64,000 nucleotides of DNA from an uncultured Steroidobacteraceae bacterium (lineage in GTDB: Bacteria > Pseudomonadota > Gammaproteobacteria > Steroidobacterales > Steroidobacteraceae): the NCBI GenBank assembly GCA_964658805.1, contig CAZZZU010000003.1, positions 5,482 to 69,481 of the forward strand, written 5' to 3'. A program made the translations under genes and the position numbers. The notes under the pieces were generated by a model. It was not told the DNA's origin. It searched no databases and saw only the letters and a list, made by a program, of their open reading frames with translations. Shown piece after piece: positions 20,984 to 32,633 of the stretch. Numbering within the stretch: position 1 is the stretch's first letter; each line of letters starts with the position of its first letter.

Positions 20984-21550
20984 TCACATCAACATTTGCC
21001 GCATTTGCGGCTCTTGCATGCTTACTTGCCAGACTTCATCGAAAAAATTCAGGTAGCGGCGCACGACGGCGGGGTCGTTCATGTCCGAAATGCCGTCCCA
21101 ACGGTCTGCCTGCAGGCGATAGACCAGGGCGCGGTCGTCGGCGATGATGAAGGCGCCGGCGCTGGCCGGATACTCGGCGCTCATCGCGCGCAGGTCGATA
21201 CAGCTGGTGAGACGACGCGCAAGCGCAAGGAATCGGTTGTTGTCGACCATGGCACGCGCCGGGTCTGCCAGCAGCACGCGAACCTTGGCATAAGACCGGG
21301 CAAGCACCAGCCGCTTGATCGCCTCCAGAAACGCCTCTTCGCCGTACACGGACGGTTCGAGGTCCTGCGTAAAAATAGAGAGCAGGCGCTGCGCCGACTT
21401 GGCGACTTTCAGGCTGGCATCGCGCACTTCGGGCATGGTCGACAGGATGCTGCGCGTACCGGCAAGCGGGGTGTCTGGACCCGGTATCGGGCTCTTCACG
21501 GCACCCGGTTTTGACTTATCTCCCGAATCACCCGTCATAACGAACCCCAT
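20984..21550 (-). CDS. conserved-looking hypothetical protein (188 aa) between purB and mnmA
   Basis: ORF with normal composition filling the purB-mnmA gap. I recognise no motif. Not visibly HflD-like. Confidence 0.55.
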   Translation of the reverse strand: MGFVMTGDSGDKSKPGAVKSPIPGPDTPLAGTRSILSTMPEVRDASLKVAKSAQRLLSIFTQDLEPSVYGEEAFLEAIKRLVLARSYAKVRVLLADPARAMVDNNRFLALARRLTSCIDLRAMSAEYPASAGAFIIADDRALVYRLQADRWDGISDMNDPAVVRRYLNFFDEVWQVSMQEPQMRQMLM

Positions 21551-21634
21551 CTCGACATTGGGAGAATAGTAGCGTCTGACCCTCGCATGCCCGTGCCAAC
21601 TGCGTCACGTTTCGGACGCATCACAACATAACCG

Positions 21635-23011
21635 CTAGCGCTGCGGCATGCCTATCGCCAGCAGTGGCGCAAGCCCCAGATAGCTGCCGGGGGTCAGTGC
21701 GAGCAGCCGCTTTATGTCTTCCTCCGGCAGCGCCAGAGAACCGATGAATGCATGCATGGTCGCCTGATTCATCGGCTGACCGCGTGTGTAGGCTTTCAGC
21801 TTGTCGTAGGCATCGGGTATTCCGTGCGCACGCATGACGGTTTGAATCGCCTCCGCCAAAACCTCCCAGGCACGCTCGAGGTCGCGTGCCACGTGCGCCG
21901 TGTCCAGCTCGACTTTCTGCAAACCGCCGGCCAGAGACCGATAGGCGAGCGCCGAGTGACCGATGGCAACGCCCAGATTGCGCAATACGGTGGAATCAGT
22001 GAGGTCGCGCTGCAACCGGGAAATGGGCAGCTTGTCAGCAAAAAAGCCGAGGAGCGCGTTGGCGAGGCCCAGATTGCCTTCCGCGTTCTCGAAGTCGATG
22101 GGATTGACCTTGTGAGGCATGGTGGACGACCCCACCTCTCCACTCATCATCCGTTGTTTGAAATAACCCAGCGAAATATAGGTCCACATGTCCCGTGCAA
22201 GATCCAGCAGCACCGTATTGGCCCGCATCAGTGCATGACAATACTCGGCGATCCAATCGTGCGGTTCGATTTGCGTCGTGTGCAGATTGGCCACGAGATC
22301 CATCGATTCGATGAAGCGGGTGCTGACGCTGAGCCAGTCGACGTGCGGAAGCGCTGTGACGTGGGCATTGAAGTTGCCCACCGCACCATTCATCTTGCCG
22401 GCAATGGCGACGCGCGCGAGCGTCGCTCGCTGCCCCGCCAGGCGCACCGCGACGTTGGCCATTTCCTTGCCCACCGTCGTCGGCGTGGCAGTCTGGCCGT
22501 GCGTGCGCGACAGCATGCCAATGCAGGCATGACGCGCCGCCATGCCCTCGAGCGTCGTGCCCAATGCCCCGAGCATCGGCAACAACACGGTGGCACGCGC
22601 CCGCTTCAACATGAGCGCATAACTCAGGTTGTTGATGTCTTCGGAAGTGCAGCCAAAATGAACCCATTCCAGGTGCGCCGGCGCGGCGCCGCGCGCCGTC
22701 AGCTGCTCGCGCAGCCAGAGCTCCACCGCCTTCACATCGTGATTGGTGCGGCTTTCAATCGTTTTGATCGCGGCTACGTCAGTCCCGGCGGGGTCGCGCG
22801 CCAGGACTTCAAGAAAATCTCGCGCGCCCGCTGGCAAGCCCGCGAGCCCCTCGCCGGCGGCACCGGCCGCCAATGCCAGCAGCCAGGCGCACTCCACGCG
22901 CACCCGCTCGCGCATCAAGCCGGCTTCGCTGAAGATTTCGCGCACCGGGCCCAGCTTGGCGGCATAGCGGCCGTCGAGCGGCGAAAGCGCGTCGATCACA
23001 TCCGTAGACAT
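21635..23011 (-). CDS. purB: adenylosuccinate lyase
   Basis: Fumarase/lyase signature SSTMPHKVNP; 458 aa; PurB-type N-terminus LSPLDGRY. Confidence 0.95.
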   Translation of the reverse strand: MSTDVIDALSPLDGRYAAKLGPVREIFSEAGLMRERVRVECAWLLALAAGAAGEGLAGLPAGARDFLEVLARDPAGTDVAAIKTIESRTNHDVKAVELWLREQLTARGAAPAHLEWVHFGCTSEDINNLSYALMLKRARATVLLPMLGALGTTLEGMAARHACIGMLSRTHGQTATPTTVGKEMANVAVRLAGQRATLARVAIAGKMNGAVGNFNAHVTALPHVDWLSVSTRFIESMDLVANLHTTQIEPHDWIAEYCHALMRANTVLLDLARDMWTYISLGYFKQRMMSGEVGSSTMPHKVNPIDFENAEGNLGLANALLGFFADKLPISRLQRDLTDSTVLRNLGVAIGHSALAYRSLAGGLQKVELDTAHVARDLERAWEVLAEAIQTVMRAHGIPDAYDKLKAYTRGQPMNQATMHAFIGSLALPEEDIKRLLALTPGSYLGLAPLLAIGMPQR

Positions 23012-23033
23012 CGGGGAGCCTGGCGGTCTCAGG

Positions 23034-23042
23034 TGTTAGAAT
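23034..23042 (+). promoter_or_regulatory. extended -10 element (TGtTAGAAT) upstream of fumC
   Basis: TG-n-TAGAAT lies 47 nt upstream of the fumC ATG in the purB/fumC divergent spacer. GGAG Shine-Dalgarno near 23076. Confidence 0.35.
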
Positions 23043-23088
23043 GCTTTGATTCTATCGTAAACGTTCCTCGAAGCAGCGGAGTAAGGCG

Positions 23089-24483
23089 ATGACGGCCACT
23101 ACTCGCACCGAACGCGACAGCATGGGCGCACTCGAAGTGCCTGCGGACGCATTGTGGGGTGCACAGACGCAGCGCGCCGTGCAAAATTTCCCCGCCTCTG
23201 GTCTGCGTATGCCGCGCGAGCTGATTCGCGCGCTCGGATTGATCAAATTTGCGGCCGCGGGCGCCAATGCCGAATTGGGCGATTTACCGCCTTCTACCTG
23301 CGACGTCATACAGGCGGCGGCGCTCGAGGTAGCGTTTGGTTTACATGACGACCATTTTCCGGTCGATGTATTCCAGACCGGTTCGGGCACCAGCAGCAAC
23401 ATGAACGCCAACGAAGTCATCGCGACGCTGGCGAGTCGCGCCGGCAGCGCGAGCGTGCATCCGAATGATCAGGTGAATATGAGCCAGAGCAGCAATGATG
23501 TGCTGCCGACGGCCATTCACGTTGCGGCCGTGCTGGGCGTCGTCGAAAAGTTGTTGCCGGCGATCGCGCAATTGCACGACGTCTTGCTCGAGCGGGCCGA
23601 GCAGCTGGCCGACGTAGTCAAGACCGGTCGTACCCATCTGATGGATGCCATGCCCATCACGCTCGGTCAGGAACTGGGCGGTTGGGCGGCCCAGATCGAC
23701 GCCGCGGCAGCGCGACTTGATTCGGTTTTGCCGCGGCTGCGGGCGCTCGCGCAGGGCGGTACCGCGGTGGGCACGGGCATCAATGCGCGGCCTGCATTTG
23801 CTGCCGCGTTCGCGCGTCATTTGTCGGTGCAAACCGGCCAGGCCTTTCGACCGAGCGCGAACTTCTTCGCAGCGTTGTCGAGTCAGGATACTGCGGTGGA
23901 ACTATCCGGGCAGCTCAGGGTGCTGGCGGTGAGCTTGACCAAAATCGCAAACGACTTACGCTGGATGAACAGCGGGCCGCTGGCCGGCCTGGGCGAAATT
24001 GCGCTGCCGGCTCTGCAGCCCGGCAGCAGCATCATGCCGGGCAAGGTGAATCCGGTGATTGCAGAGGCGGTGCTGATGATGGCGGCACAGGTCATCGGCA
24101 ACGATACCGCGGTGACGGTCGCAGGCCAGGCGGGGAATTTTCAGCTCAATGTCATGCTGCCCATCATTGCATTCAACGTGCTGCAGAGCATCGAATTGCT
24201 GAGCATCGGGTGTCGGAACCTGGCCGAACATGCCATCGCAGGCTTTGTCGTGAATCGCGCGCATCTGAGCGAGGCGCTGGCGCGAAACCCCATGTTGGTC
24301 ACGGCTCTGAATCCGGTCATCGGTTATGAAAAAGGGGCTGCGATCGCCAAGCAGTCGTATGCGGAAGGACGCTCCGTCATGGACGTGGCCCAAGAGATGA
24401 CCGATCTCGGTGAGGACCGGTTACGACGCTTGCTTGACCCGCTGGGTCTCACGGCCGGCGGGATCAAAGGAGGCGGAGCCTGA
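23089..24483 (+). CDS. fumC: class II fumarate hydratase
   Basis: GSSIMPGKVNP signature; N-terminus TRTERDSMGALEVPADALWGAQTQRA; 464 aa. Confidence 0.92.
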   Translation: MTATTRTERDSMGALEVPADALWGAQTQRAVQNFPASGLRMPRELIRALGLIKFAAAGANAELGDLPPSTCDVIQAAALEVAFGLHDDHFPVDVFQTGSGTSSNMNANEVIATLASRAGSASVHPNDQVNMSQSSNDVLPTAIHVAAVLGVVEKLLPAIAQLHDVLLERAEQLADVVKTGRTHLMDAMPITLGQELGGWAAQIDAAAARLDSVLPRLRALAQGGTAVGTGINARPAFAAAFARHLSVQTGQAFRPSANFFAALSSQDTAVELSGQLRVLAVSLTKIANDLRWMNSGPLAGLGEIALPALQPGSSIMPGKVNPVIAEAVLMMAAQVIGNDTAVTVAGQAGNFQLNVMLPIIAFNVLQSIELLSIGCRNLAEHAIAGFVVNRAHLSEALARNPMLVTALNPVIGYEKGAAIAKQSYAEGRSVMDVAQEMTDLGEDRLRRLLDPLGLTAGGIKGGGA

Positions 24484-24491
24484 CGGCGGAG

Positions 24492-25139
24492 ATGATGTTG
24501 GAGTACACCAAAGCGCAGATCCGTGCTGCGCTCGATCAGAAACCCTCGACTCCCGAGGAAGACATGCATTGGTTGGTGGGCGCCTCGCCCGACATCGTGG
24601 CGCGTGTGCGGGCTACGCTACCGGCACGCCGCATTCCGGCCGCAGTCCTGGTGCCTTTGATCGAACATTCGAGCGGTTACACGGTGCTGCTGACACAGCG
24701 TGCTGCGACTTTGAAAGATCATGCCGGCCAAATCAGCTTTCCGGGTGGGCGGATCGAACCCGATGATGTGGACGCCTGGGCAGCCGCGCTGCGTGAAGCG
24801 CATGAGGAAATCGGCCTCGCGCCGGCATTGGTGGAATTCGGCGGATATCTCCCCGATCATGTGGTCGTCTCGGGCTTCCGGGTGACACCGGTGGTCGGTT
24901 TCATCAAGCCGCAGTATCAGCTGCACATCGCCGCCGACGAAGTACACGATGCGTTCGAAGTGCCGCTCAATTACATACTGGACGCGGCGAATCACAAGTC
25001 GCGCCAGCGCATGGTCGGAGATACGGCCATTGAGATTCGCGACATTCCGTTCGGCGAGCGCAACATCTGGGGCGCCACGGCCGGCATGCTGATGACTTTT
25101 CGCCGGCGTTTGCAGCAGCGCGAGCCGGTGCATCCGTGA
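24492..25139 (+). CDS. nudL: CoA pyrophosphatase (Nudix)
   Basis: LLTQRAATLKDHAGQISFPGG plus Nudix box GGRIEPDDVDAWAAALREAHEEIGL. Confidence 0.85.
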   Translation: MMLEYTKAQIRAALDQKPSTPEEDMHWLVGASPDIVARVRATLPARRIPAAVLVPLIEHSSGYTVLLTQRAATLKDHAGQISFPGGRIEPDDVDAWAAALREAHEEIGLAPALVEFGGYLPDHVVVSGFRVTPVVGFIKPQYQLHIAADEVHDAFEVPLNYILDAANHKSRQRMVGDTAIEIRDIPFGERNIWGATAGMLMTFRRRLQQREPVHP

Positions 25140-25924
25140 CGCCGCGGTTGCTGGAACTGCTGGCAGTGATGCGACGGCTGCGTTCGGCCGACGGTTGTCC
25201 ATGGGATCAGGCGCAAACCTTCGCAAGCATCGCGCCGCACACCATTGAAGAAGCTTATGAGGTTGCGGACGCAATCGAACGCGGCGACATGCACGGTTTG
25301 CGGGAAGAGTTGGGCGATCTGCTCTTTCAGGTGGTTTTCCAGGCGCAGATTGCGAGCGAAGCCGAGCTCTTTGGTTTCGACGATGTGGCAGGCGCCATCT
25401 GCGATAAATTGATACGGCGCCATCCGCACGTCTTCGTGGGCGGTTCCACTGCGCTATCGGTCGAGGACCAGAGCGCGCTTTGGGAAGAGATTAAGGCAGA
25501 CGAGCGTCGTACCGGACGCGCAGCAGTTGACGTCAGTCATCTGGACAACGTGCCACGCGCGCTGCCTGCCATGAGTCGCGCCCACAAGTTGAGCAAGCGG
25601 GCAGCGAGGGTCGGTTTCGACTTCGAACACGCCGGCCAGAGTGCCGACAAGGTTGCTGAAGAGTTGGCAGAGGTGCGCGTCGCCGCGGCTCAAGCGGAGT
25701 ACACGGCGGTATTCGAGGAAGTCGGCGATCTGCTGTTCGCTGCGGTGAATCTGGCGCGTAAGCTGAATGTCGATTCGGAAGCTGCACTGCGCGCCGCTAA
25801 CGTCAAGTTCGAGCGCCGTTTTCGCGGCATGGAGCGTCTGGCTCTGGAACGCGGCGAGCGCTTCAACGGGTTGGATCTGGCAGCGCAGGAAGCGCTCTGG
25901 CAAGCCGTCAAGCGTACCGAGTGA
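25136..25924 (+). CDS. mazG: nucleoside triphosphate pyrophosphohydrolase
   Basis: Tandem MazG domains (EEAYEVADAIE...; EELAEV...EEVGDLLFA). GTG overlaps the nudL stop. Confidence 0.9.
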   Translation: MTPRLLELLAVMRRLRSADGCPWDQAQTFASIAPHTIEEAYEVADAIERGDMHGLREELGDLLFQVVFQAQIASEAELFGFDDVAGAICDKLIRRHPHVFVGGSTALSVEDQSALWEEIKADERRTGRAAVDVSHLDNVPRALPAMSRAHKLSKRAARVGFDFEHAGQSADKVAEELAEVRVAAAQAEYTAVFEEVGDLLFAAVNLARKLNVDSEAALRAANVKFERRFRGMERLALERGERFNGLDLAAQEALWQAVKRTE

Positions 25925-28900
25925 ACGCCTCGGTTCCTGGCCGCAGCGAGGCACGTCGCGCTGCCCGCAGTTCAGTGCAGCTCGAATTCAAGCACAGCCC
26001 GGAGCTCCCGATCACGCAGCAGCGCGAGGCGATCTGCAGTGCGCTCGAGCATCACCAGGTCCTCATAGTCGCGGGCGATACGGGGTCGGGCAAGAGCACT
26101 CAGCTACCCCAGTACTGTCTCGAGATGGGCCGCGGCGTCGATGGGCTGATTGCGCATACCCAACCGCGCCGCCTGGCCGCACGCGCACTCGCGACGCGGA
26201 TTGCCGACGAATTCGGGCAAGTCGTCGGCCGCAGCGTCGGTTATCGTGTGCGCTTTGCCGACCGCGTCTCGGATGCCACGAGACTGGTGCTGTTGACGGA
26301 CGGTTTGCTATTGGCGGAGATCGCCGGCGACCCGCTCCTCAGCCGCTACGACACCGTCATCGTCGATGAGGCGCACGAGCGCAGCTTGAACGTCGATCTG
26401 CTGCTCGGCGTGTTGAAGCAATTGCTGCCGCGTCGTCCCGATCTGAAATTGATCGTGACCTCGGCGACCCTCGATGTCGAGCGTGTAGCAGAGTTTTTCG
26501 ATTCAGCCCCGGTCATCCGGGTCAGCGGCCGCGGCTTTCCGATCGAAGTGCGTTTCACTCCGCTGCAGGAAGCGGACGAAGAACCGGATCTGGCTGTCGC
26601 TGTATTGGCGGCCTACCGGGAAATCAGTTCGGAGCCAGGCGACATTGGTCGCGGCGACGTCTTGGTCTTCCTGCCTGGCGAACGCGAGATTCGCGATGTC
26701 GGCGAATTACTGGAACGGGAATTGCGGCAGGAAGCGGAGGTCCTGACGCTTTATTCACGCCTCTCCTGGGAACAACAGAGCAGGATTTTTGAGCGTGGCA
26801 CACGGCGGCGCATCGTGCTCTCCACCAATGTCGCGGAAACCTCGGTGACCGTGCCTGGCATACGCGCGGTCATCGATTCAGGCCTGGCACGCATCAGCCG
26901 TTACAGCAGCCGCAATCGGTTGCAACGCCTGCCGATCGAGCGCATCGCGCGCGCCGGTGCCGACCAGCGCAAGGGTCGCTGCGGACGCATCGGTGCGGGG
27001 CTTTGCATACGGCTTTACGGTGAAGACGATTTTGCGGCGCGGCCCGCGTTCACCGAGCCCGAAATTCTGCGCACCAATCTCGCAGCCTTGCTGCTGCGGC
27101 TGGCCGCGGATGGGCTGGGCGACGCCGAGGCGTTTCCGTTCATCGATGCGCCGGATACGCGCGCCCTGAACGACGGCTACCGGCTGTTGCAGGAACTTCA
27201 GGCGCTCGATGGCCGACGCATTACGCGCCGCGGCCGCGCAATGGCGCGGCTGCCCCTGGATCCGCGGCTGGCGCGCGCCTTACTCGAAAGTCAGCGCTTT
27301 CATGCAGAGGCGGAATTGCTGGCCATCGTGGCGGGCTTGAGTGTGCCGGAGGTGCGCATTGTCGAGCGTGCGGCACCGCGGGGTGGCACGGCAGCGGAGG
27401 CGGACGCGGGACCTGAATCGGTGTTTCAGGACAACAAATCGGAATTCGTCGCGTTGTCGAAGTTGTTTCGAGCCTATCGACGCATGCGGGAGGGGCCGCG
27501 ACGTGAGCTGCGGCGTTGGTGTAAGGAGCGTCAGTTGTCGTTACTGCGGCTCTCCGAGTGGGATGACGTGTACTCGCAGGTAGCTGACCGTGCACGCGAA
27601 CTCGGCATCGTCGCGCAACCGCAAGCAGCGAGTTATACAGGCGTGCATCGCGCTTTGCTGGCCGGCTTCTGTACGACAGTGGGGGTGCGCGAGGAAGAGG
27701 GCACCTATCTGGGCACGCGCGGTGTGCATTTTCTCATCTTCCCCGGCTCGCCTTTGGCCCGCCGTCGGCCGCGCTGGGTCATGGCCGCCAATATCGTGGA
27801 AACGACGCGGGTGTTCGCGCGCTGCGTGGCGGAGATCGAACCGAAGTGGATCGAGTCAGCGGCAGCCCATCTGCTCAAGCATGAATATCTTGAACCCGAC
27901 TATGACGAGGTTCGTGAGGAAGTGGTGGCGCGCGAGCGCATTGGGTTTCTCGGACTGACCTTGAGCGCCAATCGGCTGGTTAATTACGGCCCGATCGCGC
28001 CGGAACTATCGCGGCGCATCTTTGCACGCGAGGCCCTCGTCTATCAGCGCCTGCCGAACCGTCCCGCATGGCTGCGCCGTAATGATGCAGCCGTGCGCGC
28101 CGCGAAGCAGATGGAGGAGCGTTTGCGCAGCCGGGATCTCGTGCTGAATGCCGAAGCGTTCGTGGATTTTTACGACCACGCGCTGCCGCGTCAGGTCTCG
28201 AGCGCCGCGACGATCGAGTATTTCAGCCGGCATCTCACGCCATCCGAAGAGACTGCTCTGACGATGAACGCCGAGCAAATCTTTGCACGCGAACCCGACG
28301 CGCTGGCTTTATCGCAGTTCCCCGAGCAGACCCGTATTCAAGCGCTCGACGTGCCGGTGCAATATCGCTTCGCACCGGGCGAAACGGGCGACGGGGCGAC
28401 GCTGACGGTACCGTTATTGGCCCTGCCGGGCATGACACGCGCTACCGTTGATGCCGCGGTGCCCGGCCTGGCGTTGCCGCGTGTTGAAGCATTGCTGCGT
28501 TCGCTGCCCAAGGACGCGCGCCGCTTGCTCATCCCGATGCACGAAACGGCGCAGGCCTACGTGCGTGCAGCGGTCGACACGCCCACCGATCTGAGCGCAC
28601 TAGGCAACTGGTTGAAAGAGCATCGCGGTGTGCCCGAGGGGCTATTGCGCTTCGATGCAACGACCTTGCCTGATTTTCTGACGGTGCAGATACGCGTGCT
28701 CGAGCGCGGCCGTGAGCTCGCGCTTGATTCCGATCTGGGACGTCTGCGCCGCACGTGCGCCACTGCCGCACAGCGCGAACTGGAGCGGATGTCACGGATG
28801 CTGTTTGACGCCGCCGCCTGGCGGCGCTTCGAAGCGGCGGAGATTCCGGAGCACGCGAGCATCCCGCTGGAGCAGGGCGAGGTGACGCTTTTCCCAACGC

Positions 28901-29679
28901 TCCAGATGCAAGCGGGGCAGCTGCATCTGCAACTGGCCTGGACTGCTGCCGAGGCACAGCATGCCTGGGCAGACGCAGCGCCACGTCTGGCGCGGCTCAT
29001 GCTTGCGCCTCAGGCGCGCGATCTCGCCAAGGCGATCTCCAGCAATGTTCCGTTGCTATTGAGCGCCACGCCCTTTTTGAGCAGCGACGCGTTGCGCGAT
29101 CTCATCCTGCAAAGGGTGTTTCAACGCGCCTGTTTCGCGGACGGGGTGGCACCGCGTACGCGCGCGGCGTTCGAGGCCGCCGTGGAGCACGCCCGCACGG
29201 CACTCTATCCGACGCTCGATGAGGTGATGCAGCAGCTGAAATCCTGGTTTGTCGAGGCGACCGCAATCCGCAGAGCACAAGATGTGTCCGGCGTTGTGCA
29301 TGCAATGGCAAGCGACGAAAGTCGGGCGCATCTGGCGCAGTTGCTGAGCGCTGACATGATGTTCATGGCATCGCCCGTGTGGCTGGGTCAGTACCCGCGC
29401 TATCTCAAAGCGGAGCTGCGTCGCTGGCAGAAAAATTCGACGCGCGCGACGGATGATGCCGTGGTGTCGCAAATGCGTCAGTGGCAGGAGCGCCTCGAGT
29501 TACTCCGTCAGCGCGTTCTGGCTGAGATGCGTTGGCTGCCGGCACTCGATGATCTTGCTTTCTGGATCGAGGAATTCCGCGTGTCGATTTACGCGCAGGA
29601 ATTAAAAACCTTCGGACCGGTTTCGCAGCAACGGCTGGAGGGCCGGGTGGCCGGCATCGAGGCGTGGCTCAAACGCTGA
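25921..29679 (+). CDS. hrpA: ATP-dependent RNA helicase HrpA
   Basis: Walker [10 protein letters not shown]; DEAH box ([10 protein letters not shown]); 1252 aa with the long HrpA-type C-terminal region. GTG overlaps the mazG stop. Confidence 0.93.
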   Translation: MNASVPGRSEARRAARSSVQLEFKHSPELPITQQREAICSALEHHQVLIVAGDTGSGKSTQLPQYCLEMGRGVDGLIAHTQPRRLAARALATRIADEFGQVVGRSVGYRVRFADRVSDATRLVLLTDGLLLAEIAGDPLLSRYDTVIVDEAHERSLNVDLLLGVLKQLLPRRPDLKLIVTSATLDVERVAEFFDSAPVIRVSGRGFPIEVRFTPLQEADEEPDLAVAVLAAYREISSEPGDIGRGDVLVFLPGEREIRDVGELLERELRQEAEVLTLYSRLSWEQQSRIFERGTRRRIVLSTNVAETSVTVPGIRAVIDSGLARISRYSSRNRLQRLPIERIARAGADQRKGRCGRIGAGLCIRLYGEDDFAARPAFTEPEILRTNLAALLLRLAADGLGDAEAFPFIDAPDTRALNDGYRLLQELQALDGRRITRRGRAMARLPLDPRLARALLESQRFHAEAELLAIVAGLSVPEVRIVERAAPRGGTAAEADAGPESVFQDNKSEFVALSKLFRAYRRMREGPRRELRRWCKERQLSLLRLSEWDDVYSQVADRARELGIVAQPQAASYTGVHRALLAGFCTTVGVREEEGTYLGTRGVHFLIFPGSPLARRRPRWVMAANIVETTRVFARCVAEIEPKWIESAAAHLLKHEYLEPDYDEVREEVVARERIGFLGLTLSANRLVNYGPIAPELSRRIFAREALVYQRLPNRPAWLRRNDAAVRAAKQMEERLRSRDLVLNAEAFVDFYDHALPRQVSSAATIEYFSRHLTPSEETALTMNAEQIFAREPDALALSQFPEQTRIQALDVPVQYRFAPGETGDGATLTVPLLALPGMTRATVDAAVPGLALPRVEALLRSLPKDARRLLIPMHETAQAYVRAAVDTPTDLSALGNWLKEHRGVPEGLLRFDATTLPDFLTVQIRVLERGRELALDSDLGRLRRTCATAAQRELERMSRMLFDAAAWRRFEAAEIPEHASIPLEQGEVTLFPTLQMQAGQLHLQLAWTAAEAQHAWADAAPRLARLMLAPQARDLAKAISSNVPLLLSATPFLSSDALRDLILQRVFQRACFADGVAPRTRAAFEAAVEHARTALYPTLDEVMQQLKSWFVEATAIRRAQDVSGVVHAMASDESRAHLAQLLSADMMFMASPVWLGQYPRYLKAELRRWQKNSTRATDDAVVSQMRQWQERLELLRQRVLAEMRWLPALDDLAFWIEEFRVSIYAQELKTFGPVSQQRLEGRVAGIEAWLKR

Positions 29680-31198
29680 ATTTGATGCCCTGAGCCAGCG
29701 GCAGGTGCGCGCTCCAGTTGATCGTCGTGGTCTGCCGGCGCATATAAGCCTTCCAGGAGTCGGAACCCGCCTCGCGACCGCCGCCCGTGTCTTTTTCGCC
29801 GCCGAAGGCGCCGCCTATCTCAGCGCCCGAAGTACCGAGATTGACGTTTGCAATGCCGCAGTCGCTCCCTTCGGCGGACAGAAAGCGCTCTGCCGCCTGC
29901 ATGCGATCACAGAAAATAGCCGAGGAGAGTCCGTAGGCCACGGCATTTTGCTGCGCGATGGCTTCCTCGAGCGAGTCGAAACTCAACACGTATAAAATCG
30001 GCGCGAACGTCTCGGTCATGACGACGGCCATATCGGCACGGGCTCGAAAAACAGTCGGCTCGACAAAGTTGCCGTCGCGCTGCAGAACGTTGCCGCCGCA
30101 CAATAATTCGCCGCCTTGCGCGCGTGCGGCAGCGACGCTTTCTGCATAGCGGGAGACAGCCGTCTGATCAATCAGCGGTCCCATCAGGGTGTCGGGTTCC
30201 AGCGGATCGCCGATGCGCACCTGGCGGAATGCGGCTATCAGCCGCTGCTCGAGTTCAGCTGCACGCGATCGATGTACCAGCACCCGGCGGGTGGTCGTGC
30301 AGCGCTGGCCGGCCGTGCCAACCGCCCCGAACACGATGGCCGGTACGGCAAGATCGAGATTGGCACTCGCGTCGACGATGATGGCATTGTTGCCGCCCAG
30401 TTCGAGCAGCGATTTTCCGAGGCGCCGTGCGACTCTCACACCGACCTCGCGCCCGACGTGGGTCGAGCCCGTAAAAGAAACCAATGCAACCCGTGGGTCG
30501 TCGACGAAACGCGTGGCAAGCTCCGTGCCCGCATCGATGAAAAGCTGGAAGATGGCGGGAAGGCCGTGCCGCTCCAGCACCTCGTTGCAGATATGCTGTA
30601 CGGCAACCGAGCAGAGCGCAGTTTTTGGCGAAGGCTTCCAGACGGTCGCATTGCCGGCAATCGCGGCGAGGCAGGCGTTCCAGGACCATACGGCCACCGG
30701 AAAATTGAAGGCCGAAATCACACCCACGACACCGAGCGGATGCCACTGCTCATACATGCGGTGCTGCGGGCGCTCGGAGTGCATGGTATTGCCGTAAAGC
30801 ATGCGTGACTGGCCCACGGCGAAATCGCAGATGTCGATCATCTCCTGCACTTCGCCATCGCCTTCGGCCTTGATCTTGCCGTTTTCCATGGCGATGAGGC
30901 TGCCCAGCGCGTCCTTGTGCAGGCGCAATTCTGCACCCAGAAGCCGCACGGCATCGCCGCGCTTCGGTGCCGGCACCTGGCGCCAGGCTGCCGCCGCGGC
31001 TACTGCGGCCTGCATGACCTGCTCGTAGTCCTCGAGACTCGCGCCGCGCACACTCGCGATCAAGCGGCCGGTTGCCGGATTCCGTGATTCGATCAGCGGC
31101 GCCGAGTCCTGCCGGCTCCAGCCTTGTGTGCCGGACCACGTGCCCGAATTCATTTCTGTCAGGCCGAGTTGACGCAGCGGATCGGTGGTTTTGCTCAT
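29669..31198 (-). CDS. aldehyde dehydrogenase, family-7-like (aminoadipate-semialdehyde / piperideine-6-carboxylate dehydrogenase type)
   Basis: Starts at [13 protein letters not shown]. Catalytic contexts ELGGNNA and GTAGQRCTT. Overall antiquitin-like sequence. 3' end overlaps the hrpA 3' end by 11 nt. Confidence 0.75.
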   Translation of the reverse strand: MSKTTDPLRQLGLTEMNSGTWSGTQGWSRQDSAPLIESRNPATGRLIASVRGASLEDYEQVMQAAVAAAAAWRQVPAPKRGDAVRLLGAELRLHKDALGSLIAMENGKIKAEGDGEVQEMIDICDFAVGQSRMLYGNTMHSERPQHRMYEQWHPLGVVGVISAFNFPVAVWSWNACLAAIAGNATVWKPSPKTALCSVAVQHICNEVLERHGLPAIFQLFIDAGTELATRFVDDPRVALVSFTGSTHVGREVGVRVARRLGKSLLELGGNNAIIVDASANLDLAVPAIVFGAVGTAGQRCTTTRRVLVHRSRAAELEQRLIAAFRQVRIGDPLEPDTLMGPLIDQTAVSRYAESVAAARAQGGELLCGGNVLQRDGNFVEPTVFRARADMAVVMTETFAPILYVLSFDSLEEAIAQQNAVAYGLSSAIFCDRMQAAERFLSAEGSDCGIANVNLGTSGAEIGGAFGGEKDTGGGREAGSDSWKAYMRRQTTTINWSAHLPLAQGIKFSV

Positions 31199-31207
31199 GC
31201 AACCATT

Positions 31208-31237
31208 TTGACTTGGGGGCGCGCACAACGCTAGCAT
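31208..31237 (+). promoter_or_regulatory. candidate sigma70 promoter (TTGACT-18 nt-TAGCAT) ending 7 nt before the DAHP synthase ATG
   Basis: Read directly in the 46-nt divergent spacer. The geometry would give a leaderless or near-leaderless mRNA. Confidence 0.3.
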
Positions 31238-31244
31238 TGCAGCG

Positions 31245-32633
31245 ATGTCGATCAGTCCCGTTGTTACGCCCTGGCATCCTGCCAGCTGGCACAGCCGCCC
31301 CGCCACTCAGCAGCCTCGATATGCCGATCCGGCTGCGCTTGCCAGGGCCGTCGATTCTTTGGGTCGACTGCCGCCACTCGTCGTGTCGTGGGAGATCGAA
31401 GCATTGCGTGCCAAGCTGGGTCAGGCGCAGCGCGGCGAGGCGTTTTTATTGCAGGGCGGCGACTGCGCCGAGAGTTTTGCTGACTGCGAGTCCGACAGCA
31501 TCGCTCGACGCCTGAAGATCTTGCTGCAAATGAGTCTGGTACTGCTGCAGGGACTCAAAACACCCATTGTTCGTGTGGGCCGCTTCGCCGGCCAGTATGC
31601 CAAGCCGCGCTCTGCCGACACCGAGACTCGCGACGGCGTGACGCTGCCGTGTTACCGCGGCGACAACGTCAATCGACCGGGCTTTACTGCAGCGGAGCGC
31701 GAGCCGGATCCTGAGTTGCTGTTGCGCGGGTATGAGCGCGCGTCGCTGACGCTGAACTTTGTGCGTGCGTTGATTGACGGTGGGTTTGCCGATCTGCATC
31801 ACCCGGAATATTGGGACCTGGGCTTCATGCGGCACGCGCCCGCGCGCGACGCTTATCAAAAGATCGTCGACTCGATCGCCGAGTCGCTCGAATTTTTTGA
31901 ATCGATGAGCGGACAGCAGGTGCAGACCGCCACGCGGGTCGACTTTTACACGAGTCATGAAGGTCTGCATTTGTTATCCGAACAAGCTCAGACCCGGTAT
32001 ATCGAGCGGCAGAAGCGCTGGTACAACCTCTCGACTCATATGCCCTGGATCGGTATGCGCACGGCTAATCTGGACGGCGCACACGTCGAGTACTTTCGCG
32101 GAATCAGCAATCCCATCGGCGTCAAGGTGGGCGCCGCAATGAGCGCGGAGTGGTTGCAGGAACTCGTGCAGGTGTTGAACCCGCAGAACCTGCCTGGACG
32201 GCTGACGTTCATTCATCGCTTCGGCGCCAAAGAAATTGAACAGCGCCTGCCGGAAATGATTCGTGCCGTGAAGGCGACGGGTACGCAGGTGTTGTGGGTG
32301 TGCGATCCGATGCATGGCAATACGGAAACCACCTCGGGCGGTTTGAAAACGCGACGCTTCGATAACATCCTCGCTGAGGTGGAGGCGGCGTTCCGCATCC
32401 ATGGCGCAGAGGGCTCGCGTCTTGGTGGCGTGCACATCGAACTCACGGGGGATGACGTGACCGAGTGCACTGGTGGAGCGCGTGGACTCACGGAGGGTGA
32501 CCTCGCGCGCGCCTATCGATCGAACGTCGATCCGCGTCTCAATGCAGAGCAGGCGCTCGAGTTGGCGATGCTGATTGGACGACGTGCGGGGCGCCCGTTG
32601 CGAGCCTCCAAGGTGTCCCTCAACCAGCGTTGA
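31245..32633 (+). CDS. class II (plant/AroA-II type) 3-deoxy-7-phosphoheptulonate synthase
   Basis: 462 aa. N-terminus [18 protein letters not shown] and the [12 protein letters not shown] motif are characteristic of class II DAHPS. Confidence 0.9.
   Translation: MSISPVVTPWHPASWHSRPATQQPRYADPAALARAVDSLGRLPPLVVSWEIEALRAKLGQAQRGEAFLLQGGDCAESFADCESDSIARRLKILLQMSLVLLQGLKTPIVRVGRFAGQYAKPRSADTETRDGVTLPCYRGDNVNRPGFTAAEREPDPELLLRGYERASLTLNFVRALIDGGFADLHHPEYWDLGFMRHAPARDAYQKIVDSIAESLEFFESMSGQQVQTATRVDFYTSHEGLHLLSEQAQTRYIERQKRWYNLSTHMPWIGMRTANLDGAHVEYFRGISNPIGVKVGAAMSAEWLQELVQVLNPQNLPGRLTFIHRFGAKEIEQRLPEMIRAVKATGTQVLWVCDPMHGNTETTSGGLKTRRFDNILAEVEAAFRIHGAEGSRLGGVHIELTGDDVTECTGGARGLTEGDLARAYRSNVDPRLNAEQALELAMLIGRRAGRPLRASKVSLNQR

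Noticed and set aside
20984-21550. Calling the 188-aa ORF hflD on positional grounds.
   Set aside because: The sequence shows no similarity that I can recognise to HflD, and position alone is insufficient.
21752-23092. 446-aa plus-strand ORF opposite purB. Similar long shadows occur at 56668-58179 (opposite the amidase), 53117-54229 (opposite pqiB), 51846-52754 (opposite pqiA), 1479-2522 (opposite thrA) and 48583-49269 (opposite aepZ).
   Set aside because: All are antisense to CDS with strong family motifs and have Arg/His/Gly-rich, non-protein-like sequences. They are GC-driven open frames.
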